From Bigelowiella natans CCMP2755 (taxonomy: Eukaryota; Protista; Cercozoa), in NCBI GenBank assembly GCA_000320545.1, contig ADNK01000425.1:4447-68446 (forward strand): a DNA stretch of 64,000 nucleotides. The letters run 5' to 3'. A program made the translations under genes and the position numbers. The notes beneath the pieces are model-generated. The model was not told where the DNA came from. It saw only the letters and a program-made list of their open reading frames with translations, and searched no databases. Numbering within the stretch: the first letter of the stretch is position 1; each line of letters starts with the position of its first letter. Below are positions 26,331 through 40,029 of this stretch, in pieces.

Positions 26331-27797
26331 ATGGACAGCAGCAGCTCGAATAAAGAACATAAGAAAATCGAGGAAAATCTCGAGAGCCAGCAGCAACCCT
26401 CCGGCGAGAATGATGGCAAGAAATCTTCGTCATCGGGATTAGATCTGAACATCAGTGACGACGAGTCTAACTCCGACGACCAGGAGCCCGAGGTCAGAGT
26501 TTTAAGTCTCTATGTGTCACACTTGTTTCTTTTTTTCCTATTGAGGTGTAGGAGCACGTCAAAGATGCTTTCTATAATGCCTCCACAGAATGACGATGAA
26601 GATGGCAAGGCAAAAAAACTGTTGTTACACAAGGAAGAGAGTTTAAAGGATGATACGTTTCTCTCAATTTCACTAGGAAACGTTAATTTACCGAGTAATA
26701 TCAACTACTTGCTGAACATTTTTTGAAACAAAATTGATTTGAAACGGAAACATTGATCTTAGCCTCCGAAGAACTTAACTGGGCTCTGGCGGAACTTGAT
26801 ATCAAACATGAGGAGTTAGAGAAGCAGATAAAGGAAAACTTTTACGCAAACGATTCGGATGGTAGTGGGAGTATTGATAGGGAAGAACTTGGAGACCTTC
26901 TCGTGCATGTGTCTCAATTGCTTGCTCCTGGGACAGATGTGCCTACAAAGGTAGCTGAATAGAGATGATGGAAAACAGCAATTCCTTTTGAGTAAGTTAT
27001 GTATGATATCAGGAAGATATGAAGCACGCAATTGATCAAGCAATGCATGACTTAGACGCAGGTATATTTTGGCAAAAGAAAAAAATGCCATATTACTGAG
27101 GTAGTCTAATATCTTAGATGGTAATGGAACACTGGATATAAATGAGTTTTCACTACTCGTTAAGATGTACGTTGTTCTTTCCGCGAACATGGGTGAATCT
27201 GGTAGACCATTAACACCATCTTCAGAGACATTGCGAAAACGCACGGAAATTGAAAGGAAAAAAAAGGAACAGGCAAAACATGCGCTGGACTTAGAACTCA
27301 AACACTTTGGATTTACACGAAAGATGGTACGAAATCATATCCGTGAAAGCTTCTTTGCCTGGGACAAAGATGGGAATGGAACAATAGATAGAGAGGAATT
27401 AGGGCCACTGTTATTGGCACTGATGAAGCAGCTTGCTCCAGGTATGCCCAACCCGTCACCCAAGGAACTGTCACGCGTCGTAGATGCGGAAATGGAGCAA
27501 CTTGACGAAGGTAATTTAGAGTAAAACAGCACATTTCAAGTGTTTAACTTTAATTATACAGATGGAAATGGGGTCCTTGAGAGAAACGAGTTTGCCGTCT
27601 TGGTGAAGAGATTCCTCGTAAAAATGCACCGGCAGAATACCAAGAATTCCATAAATGGGAGCAAGGTTTCGTCGCGCCCACCGACTTCCAGAGCATCATC
27701 TCGTCCTACTTCAAGTAGAGGGTCATCCCGCCCCACTTCCAGAAAGCAATTACGCTTAACATTTCCAAAATCTGAAAAAAATGGCACCAAAGCGTGA
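26331..27797 (+). CDS. EF-hand calcium-binding protein (4 EF-hands, internal duplication)
   Basis: DSDGSGSIDREEL, DGNGTLDINEF, DKDGNGTIDREEL, DGNGVLERNEF; repeated QL(L)APG; C-terminal SSRPTS repeats. Confidence 0.88.
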
Positions 27798-27829
27798 CAA
27801 AATAACCACAACAATAATCTATCCATGCG

Positions 27830-28600
27830 CTTTGCATACTAGCATAGCTAAATTAGGAGGACCATTGAAAACATTAAATCACTTCATTAAACCCGTCTCT
27901 AGGTCTTCTCATAAAGACACACATGAGTAGATGAAGGCATTTGTTGGTATCGCCGTGCGTATTTATGCGCACACACGCATCACAGACATGTCTAGATATG
28001 TCTGAGCGCAGCACAAGCCGCGCGAGCACATAATAAAAATGCACGCATGCGCAGCTGCTGCATGTACGTGTATCCAACTACCTGCCTCAGCATGCTTGGA
28101 TGCGCGCGCGCGCACGCACCTATAGCTAGCTAGCTTGGCACGTCGATCTAGATGTGCTGTTGCATCACATACATTTTATACGTGATCCCAAACCATGCAT
28201 GGACGTCATCATCAGGGCTTGGCTTGAACTAGCTACGATACATGTCTACGACATGCTAGACCAAATCTCAATGCATTTTCATGCATGCAACATGTGATCA
28301 AGGAAACAAACAGACACAATTTGAGCGCTGTAGCCGCTACATTGCACAGCTACATCAGGGTGAACATTGAAAAAATTTAAATCTTTCATTACATCTGTCT
28401 CACATGTCCACGCGCTCCTGCCACTACATATATCGATGATCCCTATATCCCCATATGCGCATGGCCCCACTGCGCCAGATAAAGTTGGATATGGTAGGCT
28501 GCGTCGCATGAATAATGCACGCAGCAGGTTATAAGGTATAATCATGGATGATGATCTATATACATCCTATGCTATACGCACGTTCGTACTATTCATCCAA
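27830..28600. other. TG/CA/CG/CTAG-rich block at convergent junction
   Basis: tgcgcgcgcgcgcacgcacctatagctagctagc and similar runs. Confidence 0.65.
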
Positions 28601-28625
28601 TGATGAGTTTGCTGATTAATTTGAT

Positions 28626-29493
28626 TTAACTTCCTCTTTCGTGCTGTAATCTCCAGTTTGTTAGCCATGCTGCATTCTGAACATATCAATAAAATGGACA
28701 GCAGGTTTATTTACTTTGCTTCCCAAAAACTATCTTGTTGCAGGATTTGGAGGTTCTTCGTCACCCTATACATAACAATTATGAGAATTCTGACAACGGG
28801 TGGCTTATAACTTACCACTGATGGCATGTTGATATTAAAATCATGTGCCTGAAGTAACTTCACAACTAACTCCATCCTTTTACGAATCTTCAAGCAATCA
28901 TATGAAAACAATGAATACGTTGTCAATGTATTAGAATCAAATAATTTTTTTACTTTATGATATTCACTGGCACAAAGGATTATTCTTTCATTCAGCATCC
29001 GCAGAGCTTCTCCTTTTTGCATACCTACATATGTGTGCCCGATCTAAACCAAACATACACATTAGTTACTTGAAGGTCGGAGTCTATAGAAGCGAGAACG
29101 TTGTGAAATTTTCAGTCTATTTATCCATTCTTTTGCCGAAGTATAATATGACACCCTAAACATCAAATAGCCTCGCGTTTTCATGGCAAAAAAAAAAACA
29201 ACCATGTGTACACACCTCCAAGTAAGCCTCTGAAATGGGATTTAAGTTTGTCACAATTTGTATGGCACGCTTTTGTGATACATAATTCCGTAGCTGTGCA
29301 GAACGACGGCCCTGTATATAAGAGGAGTAGTACTCACCACATTTAATGAAACTTCCACATCGAGTGATGAAATATACTAATACAAAATGGAATGAACAAA
29401 ATGAGGTAGAGGTTGGTGGTAAGTGAAGTCGTGGAAACAGAAATAGTTGTATTAAGTTCTTTATATTAAATTAAACGCTGCGCTGTGTATGTA

Positions 29494-29550
<57 letters not shown>

Positions 29551-30254
29551 GGTGACATGAATCATGTTTGTGCATGTACAATGTTTTCCTATGCAATGCT
29601 ACACGACAACTGTGATACCTCTAGATTTTGAAACTTGAGGCGGAGGCGTTCTATTTTTTCCTCTGGAGTTTGTATTTCTTCCTCCTCGTCAGAATGACAC
29701 CCCTCCGACAGACTCTTCAATGAAAATAACACTTGTATAAAGGATATTACATACATATCAGATATGTATACCTGAGGAGTTGTACAATCGCGAGCAATGT
29801 GATTTTCTCCAGCAGCACCACCATCATCGCTGATACCACCTCCCGAGGAAGAGGAGCAGCTCGCTACCAGCATTTCATTGGAGGAGGAGAAATGATGATG
29901 CCTAAAGCATTACTTGTATAAGTAAACAAATTCATAAATTCCAAGAGAAACGTAATCAACTCACTTACGATCGCGTGAAACAAGATCGTTTCCCTCATCA
30001 TTTCTTTTACTTGTCTTCGGCCTCCTTTTGCTTAATAAATCTGTGCGAAAAGAACCTTTGCCCCCACGCAGCCGCAAAAAAAATGTTGGGAAGCGACTAA
30101 CGCCATCTGTTCTCATATTCTTGGAGCAATGATTTTCACTAGGCCAGGGAAAATTTCTTCCTCGAATGTATTTTCCGGAGATGAGTGCCGTTGTTGCTAT
30201 CATCAGCATTACGTTAAACTCCGACAGGACTGCGAGATACGACGATGAATTCAT
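28626..30254 (-). CDS. Multi-exon hypothetical protein; hydrophobic leader ending in LRLRGG
   Basis: ORFs 29961..30254, 29589..29873 and 28711..29022 plus small GT-AG exons; end approximate. Confidence 0.6.
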
Positions 30255-31340
30255 CTATGTTGATTGGCATTCAGAATAGAAGCTGTGTTACTTCGTTGTC
30301 CCCTCATTGCATTTTTGAAGCAGCCCTAAAGGAATTTAAGTTTGTCAGCCATCGAAAAAGTAGGTGACTACTCGATCTCGGGGAGTTTCACAAATATAAA
30401 TGTAGTAATTGCTAAACAACCTCGACCACTGTATCAGAATATCATGCGTGGAAGCTGAGTACTAATAACGATTACACGCACAGTACGAGCTGTGTATATA
30501 CAATAATGTATTCAATACTTGAAGTTCAACAGATAGACGACGATGTGCTTTCGTTCGGCATGAACCGGGACATCTTCGTTCCAGTTCGTCAAGGAGCGAA
30601 ATTTTGAATTAAGACGAAAAATTAATAATGAAAAATAAATTTGCAAGAAGTAGATCTAGATCTAGATCTAGACTAGATCTATTTATTATATATTAGAGAA
30701 AACGGCTTTTATGCGAGATTTTTTGAAACCACGATAAATTATTTTTATTTGCTATTAATAAATCGTTCCTTCATGGCACGCGCTATGAAGAGTGAGGCTG
30801 TTTTTGGTAAGTGACATCAGATTGCACACCAAAATACCCACAAGATACAAACAACGATTATTAGGATTTACTGTCAGTCCTCCAGATGTCTGCTTGTTGA
30901 CGCATCCGCTGTGGTTATAAGGAAAGTTTTCTAATAATAACTTAATTCTGTTGTCGTAGTTATATGGACCGCATTGAGTCGATAAATAGCCAACCGCTTT
31001 CTGCATCTTACCGAGACCTTTGCACGAGTGCTGGAGTGAAACCTGCAATACAACGCAACCAACGTAAATCTTTCATGGTGTCATGCTCAGAATAATGTCG
31101 AGATGAAACTTATATATATCATAAAGTAGTAAAGGGCACTCAATTTCTTTTGTTAATTCAGAATAAGATTAGTATTCTTGTGCGGTGTGAGAGTCTAATG
31201 GAGTGTGATCTGCCTGTGTGATTGTTGTACGACTGAATTTTACTTAGAACTTAGAGCCTGTCTCTCATAAACGTTGTAAGAGCAGGTGACACACAAAAGA
31301 TAAAATTCAAAGTTGATAAAAATGAAAATTATAAAATGAA

Positions 31341-31387
<47 letters not shown>

Positions 31388-31432
31388 CACATGGATGGAT
31401 AAGTGTTTTACATAATATATGTAAAATATATG

Positions 31433-31475
<43 letters not shown>

Positions 31476-31623
31476 ATATTCGTGTATGTTTTTTAGAGAA
31501 AAACAGAAAGAAATATAAGGGGGGGGTCGAGAGGATGAAACGGAGGGTGGAAAATATTAAGACATAGATGCACCCCGGATAAAATACAGAAAGCTCACTT
31601 AACCAACCCCACAGGATAGCAAA

Positions 31624-33098
31624 ATGGGACAGGTCTTCGCAAGTCTCTTTTCGAAGAAACCTGCTTGTGATATATTTGTTGATATCGAAAGTAATAGCAC
31701 CTAAATATATCTAACAATTTAGAATTGGAAAATGCTGAAAAATACTGCAGAACTGCTGATCTCACATGATAATTATTAATTTATGAATTTCGCAGATGCA
31801 AAACCGTCCGAGAGGGAACAAAAAACATACGGGGAGGTGAAGGAGATTCTTGCCAAAAACGAAGCAGTCATGAAGTTGATCATAGAGTACAAGGGATGTC
31901 AAAGTCTTTGTCGTGAGGTCGTCTACTAAATTATTTCTCCTTTACTTTGTACGACTACCAGTATGAATTTCATACATTCACCGGAAACATCAGGCTATGC
32001 AAAATGCTAATGAGGAGACAGAAACTGCCGCTTTTGAGGGACTACTCAAAACAATCGATTCGATCCAGCAAATCCATATTCACTCGAAGGATATTGGTAT
32101 CTTAAACAATGATATAATATACGAAATTACAATAATTTCTTTTTAAATCCAAAGGAACGGCCTGTCAGCTCCTTCTTGAAGCTCTTTCAAAGGATGATGC
32201 CAAGCAAACACTGGAGGATCAACAAGCTTTGGTGAAGCAGTTTGGAGACACTTTGGTGTTTATAATTGACTTCGACCAGAAACGTCTTGAGTGCCCTCAA
32301 CTATCAAATGACTTTGCATTTTACCGGCGTCTCCTTCCGAAGTTTCCAAAGCATCCCGGCGTTAGGTAATATTCTAAATATGTACTATGACATTTGAATG
32401 AATAGTATGTATCTTCAGGGTGAAGGCAGAAGAAGCTTCGTCAATGGCACTTTTTACCGCGAAGTCGTTCCCAATGATCAGCGCTATGGCACAGGCCACG
32501 TCCGAAATAATGGAATCGGTACTGCACACAAACTGATTATGATGATTGTACCTCTAAAACATCGGCAGGCAGCAACTCTTCTTTTACGACGTGTCTAGAT
32601 AATAAGCCGTCAGATGCTCCATTACCTTTCCAAATATGGAAGTTCAGAAGTTGAGTGGATTTTGATTTGAATAATTTTCCAGAATGATCAGATCCTTGCC
32701 CTCGTTGGAACAATGGCAAATGCTTGCTACAATATGCTCAGCAAGAAGAAGTACCGATTCTCGCCTATTTTCATCCAGGGCTATCTAATTCAATTTTGTT
32801 ATTAGCTTCGAGAACCAGGATACGAACAATTTCTTGGCAAAAGCTATGACTGGAGCCATTGTCTTATATGATAATGTCAGCGATAGTGGAGTTTTTGTTA
32901 GGAGTAGCCACGTGCAGGTAATTTATCAACCTCTGTTTTTCCTGCAAGTTGATTATAATTTTTTCGCAGATCAAGGATGCGATAAAGTTGTTGAAGAAGG
33001 ATTTCAAGGATAATCCCTACTTGCTAAATGCAGTGCGATATTTCACGAAGCATTTTCGTGACGATTGCCCAGCGAATATTGCAGCTCTGTTTGACTAG
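31624..33098 (+). CDS. CYRI: CYFIP-related Rac1 interactor (CYRI/FAM49)
   Basis: MGQ N-terminus (myristoylation-like), DIFVDIENAKPSE, EYKGC, DQQALVKQFG, PQLSNDFAFYRR, MALFTAKSFPM, AMTGAIVLYD, LLNAVRYFTKH. Confidence 0.93.
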
Positions 33099-33509
33099 TT
33101 GCATACATTTGAAGAGCTGGATAAATGGAATTTGCAACGTGATTTGGGGCTGTAGTATTATGTCAAGAAAATCTGTAGAATCGGGAATGTTCATACAAGA
33201 TGTATAGCCCACAATAAAATAGATAACCATCTAAACACACTATAAGAGTCTCCATTCGGAGAGGGTAAGTTTTTGCAATGCTGTGAAGACCTACATCTAG
33301 ACATAAGAGGTTAATACTAAAGAATCGAACCCATGCGATGGTTCGGTTTTCATCATTTTGAAATCTGCGCTTTCTTTTCGGTTTTAACTTTCGCATAACG
33401 TCATCATGTGATGAATTTGTTATCACCGTTTTGTATTCATGGTGGGTGTGGAACACGTGTGTTGTGTGAGCAATTCTTAAAATCAAAGTCACCACAGCGC
33501 TGAGTTATC

Positions 33510-33789
33510 CCTTAGTCTAGATGCACATGTCATTGCGGTGATGCATTGCATCATCATGATGCGAAACATGCACACATTGCATGCATTGACTAGCTAGTAG
33601 TTGAATGCACATGGCGATGCGATCGATCGCACGACAACGCATGCAGGGCGTAGACACTGGCTAGCCACATCTTGCACATCTAGACATGTGTGTGTGCACG
33701 CACGCACATTCGATCTAGTATTATAGACACTATGTCTATTATTAGTATACTACTAGCTTGCATTATAGACACGTTATAACGTACGTAAT

Positions 33790-33831
<42 letters not shown>

Positions 33832-34250
33832 TATTATATTATGTGTTACTATATGTCTATTATAAGTATACTTATTATAGACACGTAATATCATATATAT
33901 ATTATACATATACATATACATTTCATTACATCCGGCTCATATATATATATATGCTATTACTATGTCTATTATTTGCTAACTAGCAGCTGCGCTAGCGATG
34001 TTCACGATTCTCAATGATATGATCGCGATCGAATGGCTAGCTAGCTAGCCATAGCCAACGAAATGCAGGAACAGACAAGTTTCGCAACGTACGTACGTGA
34101 CGTCACGGACGTGGCAGCGAAAGACACTGTGTCGCTGTTTTATATTATTGATCGCCGCTGCGATTAGTGCTGTCTGGCAGCCGACTGTGCAACTAGCAGA
34201 GGCAATTGACAATTGACGCCTCGGTCGTTAAATGGCATCAATTGTGTAAA
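33510..34250. other. TG/CA/CTAG-rich block at convergent junction, with a TA-rich island inside
   Basis: tgcatgca/ctagctag flanks; 33720-33972 is TA-rich. Confidence 0.65.
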
Positions 34251-34307
34251 TGTAATTAATTTGACCGTTTTTCAGATTCTTGAACGATGTCACTACTTTC
34301 TTTTTTT

Positions 34308-36007
34308 TCACTTCAGTGTGACTCGACTACCGTAAAAGACAAGGCACTGGTTCCCTCCAAGAGCAGCTGCAGTCATAAGGTCGTTGAATACTTCGTACTT
34401 TTCTTGCTTTTTTCTAACCACGTCGGAGTAAGAGACATTGTGATGCCCATTCATTATTGACATTACACCATGGATAACGAGTAAAGGACCAAAGGTGTAT
34501 GCGACAAGAAGCATTGCACACGAAAAATTTCTAAGATGGGGCATCAATGACACTGAAAAGTTTATTAATGACACCTTCGGCGTGGATATCCTATATACTC
34601 TCTCTTTAGGTGTCGCAATTGACACTGATTTTTCATCTCGTCCTGGTAGCTGTTGCTGGGTTGTTTCGGTCGCTTGCGAACTCACGTTACTATTCACCGT
34701 TTTTGAAATGATCATCAACTCCCTGGAGCTCGACGATCTAGTGATTCCTTGTGAGATTTTGCCTTCCAGCTCAATGTCTCCATTGCTTTCTCGGTTGACC
34801 TTCTTCAACCGCTTGATTGACAGCTGGACCTTCTTGCGTGTTCTGCGATTTTCCACTGTTTCTTTCTCATTATTTTTCTCTTCCACCATACTCTTCATCT
34901 CCGCTAGGCTATGATATATTTATTTATCGATCAACAAATTATGTGCTCGGTAATGTTAATTTTAATTCCACAAGTCTACTATTGCTACCGAATGTTATTG
35001 AGATGTTTCCTTTGCTTTTCCTTGTGATCTTTCAATGTTGTGGCTATTCTGAATTAATAAGAATACGAGTCATCATGAAGAGCGATGTATGTATCTGTCG
35101 GATAGTAGCGAAAGGGAACAGGGGTACTTAATAAAAGGTCTTAGTACCTTCTTAATATAATAATGTTTTTCGTCGCCAGTGTGATAGCCCAAACACCTCC
35201 TATTATCTTTCCTATTGCCCTATTTTTTTCAAATAAGAATCAATTCGATCATTCTAAAGGAAAAGGACATGGAGATACTATCCCTCTTTATTTCCTCCCC
35301 AGAATATACTACATCCGTAAATAGGCCAAATAAAACCAAAGTTAGAATTAGGTTCCTATTTCTTGACTTGTTAAATATAGTGTCTCTCACATCCATATCG
35401 CAGAGTCAGTGGTTAGGACACAGGGGATCTCAATCAAAACTGCCGTTATCGATACGATGGATACGAAAGCCGATATTCTTGAATGTAGAACTAAGTCTTT
35501 GTCGGAGATGTTAAAGGTGTTAGAAATTGTAGCAATCTCAGAGAGTGTGTGTATCAATCGGTAGTCAATAATGCCCACCTGATGAGGAAAACGAATCAAC
35601 CAAACAAAGTCGTCAGAAAGATCTTGAAGCTTCTATCTTGAACATAGAGATGATACCATTGCCATCATCAGTATGATGTAAAAGCGAGTAAGAAGAGCAT
35701 GTGCTTGCCACGATATAAACTCAATACTCAACCATGAATAGTAAAGAATCAGATCCAACGCCACCCTAACATAATGCAAATCATCCGATTGATTAATGAA
35801 TGAGATGGCATCAAAAAGACAACCACGCATCTCCCCCAACACAGAACAACACCAACTGTCTTTTATTTACATTATTGTCCCGCGAGCCAGCTGGGTCTGC
35901 ACCCAGGTTGTAGCCTTCTGTCCATTCACAAATGCGATAACAAGCTGGATTGTTGCAAATACGGCTTTGGCGATGTTACTTATCACAAAAGGGAACGGTG
36001 GACCCAT
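34308..36007 (-). CDS. Multi-pass membrane protein (possibly 7TM/GPCR-like), multi-exon
   Basis: Several hydrophobic helices across ORFs 35633..35842, 35387..35599 and 34308..34898, with a long charged loop before the last helices. Confidence 0.55.
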
Positions 36008-36334
36008 CTCGTTAGGGAGGGGATATTTCTTTTGAATCTTTTATTCTCCCCTCCTCCTCCTCCTCCTCCTCCTCCTCCTCCTTTTGTTGTTCTTCGTAGT
36101 TGAATCCTTCTTCGTAGTTATAATTCCATTACAGCGTATTACAGATGATCCAGTAGTAATAATATCTAGTAGTAGTAGTACTTAGTAGTACGAACGACGA
36201 CTAGCACCAGTTAACATGCACCTAGACGCACCTCTTCTCTACCTTGCGACAGGACAATGTCTTGTCGCATCCTTCAATTTCCAACTATGTTTTTTTATTC
36301 ACCGATGTGATTTTCAGTGGATGTTGTTAGTTTA

Positions 36335-36825
36335 GACCCGTTCCACGCAAAGACCCGTTCCACGCAAATACAAACTGACCAACCAACTGACCAACCACCT
36401 TCGATATCACCTAATTTAATTTATTTTATTTTCGAAGCGCCTTTTTATGAAGACTGACCAACCAAAGTTTGAAAAGTGACCGTTTTACAACTTCAAACCG
36501 ACCAGTCGGAACTGACCAGTGTTGTCATGTTGTTGTCTGGTGCAAAATAAGAAAAAATCCAAAAACAACATGATTTTTCTCGTTATGTCATCTCACGCAC
36601 ATCATGCTGATGTCAAACCGAACAACATGTGCAAAATATGAGAAAGTCAAAAATTGTATGGCAAAACATAGCAAAATTTTTGTTGGTCAGATTGGTTGGT
36701 CAGTCAGTTTTGCATTTGCGTGGAACGAGCAAAAATCCATGAAAATCAACATCCAAAATCACCAAAAAAAAACCAACGCAGATTGGTTGGTCGGTTGGTC
36801 AGTTTGTACTTGCGTGGAACGGGTC
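36335..36825. mobile_element. MITE, PIF/Harbinger (Tourist)-like, 491 bp
   Basis: TIR gacccgttccacgcaa(a/g)tacaaactgaccaacc at both ends (33 bp with 1 mismatch, using the inner left copy); TTA target duplication at 36332-36334 and 36826-36828; no transposase. Confidence 0.85.
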
Positions 36826-36905
36826 TTAGTTAGTTATTCACGCCCTTGACTTCCCAGCTAGATCTATGTTGTTACACCGAAGTGATTTTCATAGTGGATG
36901 TTGTC
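36826..36905 (-). mobile_element. Short dispersed repeat (SINE-like) copy; a degenerate tandem copy lies at 36262-36330
   Basis: ttagttagttattcacgcccttgacttcccagctagatctatgttgttacaccgaagtgattttcatagtggatgttg. Confidence 0.75.
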
Positions 36906-37130
36906 TCATAACGGACATTGCGAAAGTCAAAAATTGTATGGCAAAACATAGCAAAATTTTTGACTTATAGGACTAATAAACTTTTTTCTTTTTAATTTTA
37001 GGTTTGAGGCGCTTATTTTTTGGGTTTGAGGCTTTTATTCTGGTAAATTTAACGATGTCTCATAACGAAGAACATCGAACATCAAGAACATCGAAGAACA
37101 ACAACACATCGAACAACACATCAAACAACC

Positions 37131-37412
37131 CATCCAACAACACAAGAAAGAACGAGAAAAGAACGAGACAAAAGGAGCATCATTGATTGATCATCAAACA
37201 ACACATCCAACAACACAAGAAAGAACGAGAAAAGAACGAGACAAAAGGAGCATCATTGATTGATCATCAAACAACACATCCAACAACACAAGAAAGAACG
37301 AGAAAAGAACGAGACAAAAGGAGCATCATTGATTGATCATCAAACAACACATCCAACAATACAAGAAAGAACGAGAAAAGAAGGAGACAAAAGGAGCATC
37401 ATTGATTGATCA
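37131..37412. repeat. 73-bp tandem repeat, about 4 near-identical copies
   Basis: catccaacaacacaagaaagaacgagaaaagaacgagacaaaaggagcatcattgattgatcatcaaacaaca; cacaagaaag recurs at 37141, 37214 and 37287, with a variant at 37360. Confidence 0.95.
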
Positions 37413-37489
37413 ACGAGGGGCCACATGAATCATCATCATCCCCTCCCTCAGCCTCCTCACATAGCATAACCAGGCAGAAATTATTAGGT

Positions 37490-37959
37490 ATGGGGAACAG
37501 GGCATCCATGCTCCTTCCCCTTCTGTTTTCATACCCGCTAAGGCTGAGCGGCAGCAAATGGCACATATTTGAACCGAGTAGTGAGAAGCTGGAATGTGAG
37601 AAATGTGGGCGGAGATTCATGCAGACGTCGGCCTTCCGAAATCATCGGCTAAGGCATAACATCGGAGCTGTTAACAAGCACAGACCGTCAGAATCCAAAT
37701 TTAGGTAGAATTCGATTATCATCTCCTATCGTAGAAGTACCGATCCAAAATGCAAACTCAACGAGTGCCAATGACATTGATGATGATGTGTGATGATTAT
37801 ATTCGGAATTAGATGTTCTACATGCAGACGAGTCTTCAGAGTTGCTTCATTATTTGCATTCCATCGACAAAAGTACCATCGCCACCCTCTGCTCTGTTTT
37901 CTGACCCCCCCCCCCCCACAGCGCTAGAACTGTTCTAAGATCTGCCAGCTCACACAAAC

Positions 37960-38008
<49 letters not shown>

Positions 38009-39910
38009 AACCGTTCTAAGATCTGGCTGCTTCTAGATGTGCTCAGGGTTACAGCAGGACCAAGAGTCATTTCAGGTGTAGACTGTGTGGGGTCGTCGTC
38101 CACTTTTCCAAGGTTCGTCTGGATATCTCCTCCTGTGATATACTACTATTGAGATGTAACTGTGCAGCAGGAGCTAGCTCTTATTTCCTGATACGTTGTT
38201 GTTGTTGCTGCTGCTTAGGGAGACAATCTCAAAAAACATCATGAGTGCAGAAAAAGTGAAGGAGACACAAGCTGGAATTTGTGGTGTGTCTTGTTTCGAA
38301 ATCAATACTGTTTTGTACGTTTTGACTCTCGACTCTTGTCAAGATGTTTTATTACTACTCAAGGTGTACTGACTGTGGACGGAGATTTAAGAGAGCAAGC
38401 ACACTGGCTTCGCATAGGATGAAGCAGTTAGTTGATAACTACCATGTGATTTATATTTGACGTATGATCTTCTCTCAGATGCTCAAATTTTACTTGTTCA
38501 TTTTGTCTCGATGGGGGTGTAAAAGATAGTCTGGTAACAACTAAATCTTTAGGAAATTATATGAGGACTAAGCCCCCTAAATGCAATAATAAAAGGCACT
38601 AAATCGCATTTCTTCAAACTAAATCTGTGTTTTTAGTTTCCTACTTATCCTACTCGAGCAAAGCTAAATAGCCACCAACGCAAGTGTCACTCTAAGGTAC
38701 GAAAAATTGTTTACTCAATTGGAGAATATTCGCGTTTTTGTTTTCAAGCACGCGCGCGCGCGTGTGTGCGTGTGTGCGTGTGTGTGTGATTGTGAGTGTG
38801 CGTGTTTATAGGAGGTGAATCGAAGTCGAAGTATTTGGAATTTGCGAGAAGACGATGTTTCACGAGTAAGAAAAATACTGGGTCCTGTTGTTCATCCAAT
38901 AAATAGTTTCTGGATTAGGTCTTGGAAGAGATTTTGGGGGGCCACACAGATGGAGGAGAGTAAGTTTTTTTTTTACTTGCTATGATGTTGAGTAAAATAA
39001 AGTGATCGCGAAAATAGGAGGGAAGACCCCAGAGAAATAGTGAAAAAATTGGCTGAAAGTTTTGGAGACATCCACAAAAACTGGAAGCTGTAAGTACCTA
39101 TGGATAGCTCCATCTACTCATTAATAAATCTCATCTTTTCCAGTGAATCAAAGATGATCACTTTATTTCAGATTTGAAGCAGATAATAGCACCATTGAAG
39201 AGGGAAACTTCCCTCCATTTCCGAAAGTTCCGCTTGCAAATAAGCAAAACAGCATTGGTAATTTTACATGAATATTGTTCTATTCCACACCTAATTTATG
39301 ATGAATATATTCTGTATAGAAAAGCAACGTGGCAACATTATTTTGCCTGGTGATAAAAGTTTCATTCAACCAACCGGGCTCACATTCACAGACTACATTG
39401 TGAACGTTGCTAGAAACAACACCGACGTGGGGCTTCGCTTGGTGTGCAAATCTTACATCAATGATAACAACACCGATATTTCCTGACAATCTATTATCTC
39501 TCTTTTCAAGATTTCTCCATATTGAGGAGAATTGAGGTTTGTAATGTCAGGTATCTACGTGTTATATTCGGTGGCATCCTGACAAAGTTGTGCCTCGACT
39601 CAAGTCAAGGTTCAATAAATTCTAGTTTTTATAGGATGCTACGTAATGTATTTCACCTTAAATAATAAGGTGCAACAGCAAGGAGATGATTTCGATTGTG
39701 AAAGCTGCGGCAAATAATGTCAGTAGAACTCTCACCTGGGTAATTTCATTCTATGGGTCAAAATTTTCATGAGCCACTGAGTCAATCGTCACAATAAAAT
39801 CCTTGAATTTGAGTTTAGATACATTTTCTATTGCAAATAAAAGTTTATGCTGTTGAACATTTCGTGTGTAGTTGAAAACCGAGATCGAAAAGTGGGCAGT
39901 ATCTCCCTAG
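37490..39910 (+). CDS. C2H2 zinc-finger protein with C-terminal RWHPDK (NFKBIL1/J-like) domain, many small exons
   Basis: CEKCGRRFMQTSAFRNHRLRH; YPTRAKLNSHQRKCH; GNFPPFP; YIRWHPDKVVPRLKS-CNSKEMISIVKAAANNVSRTLTW-LKTEIEKWAVSP then TAG. Confidence 0.6.
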
Positions 39911-40029
39911 ACGAGCAGCTTTCTGCAGCAGCGGATAACGTTCAATGCATGTCGATGAACGAAAAGGATAATTTCTTCTGGTTTGATATTATTCCAGGCT
40001 CAGAGCTTTAGCAAAATAATGTCTCACCA

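Noticed and set aside
30755-31048. 97-aa ORF in the long divergent intergenic region
   Set aside because: Non-ATG start, no motif and no supporting splice structure
37131-37412. Regular 73-bp repeats resembling a CRISPR array
   Set aside because: Units are contiguous with no unique spacers, there are no cas genes, and the context is eukaryotic
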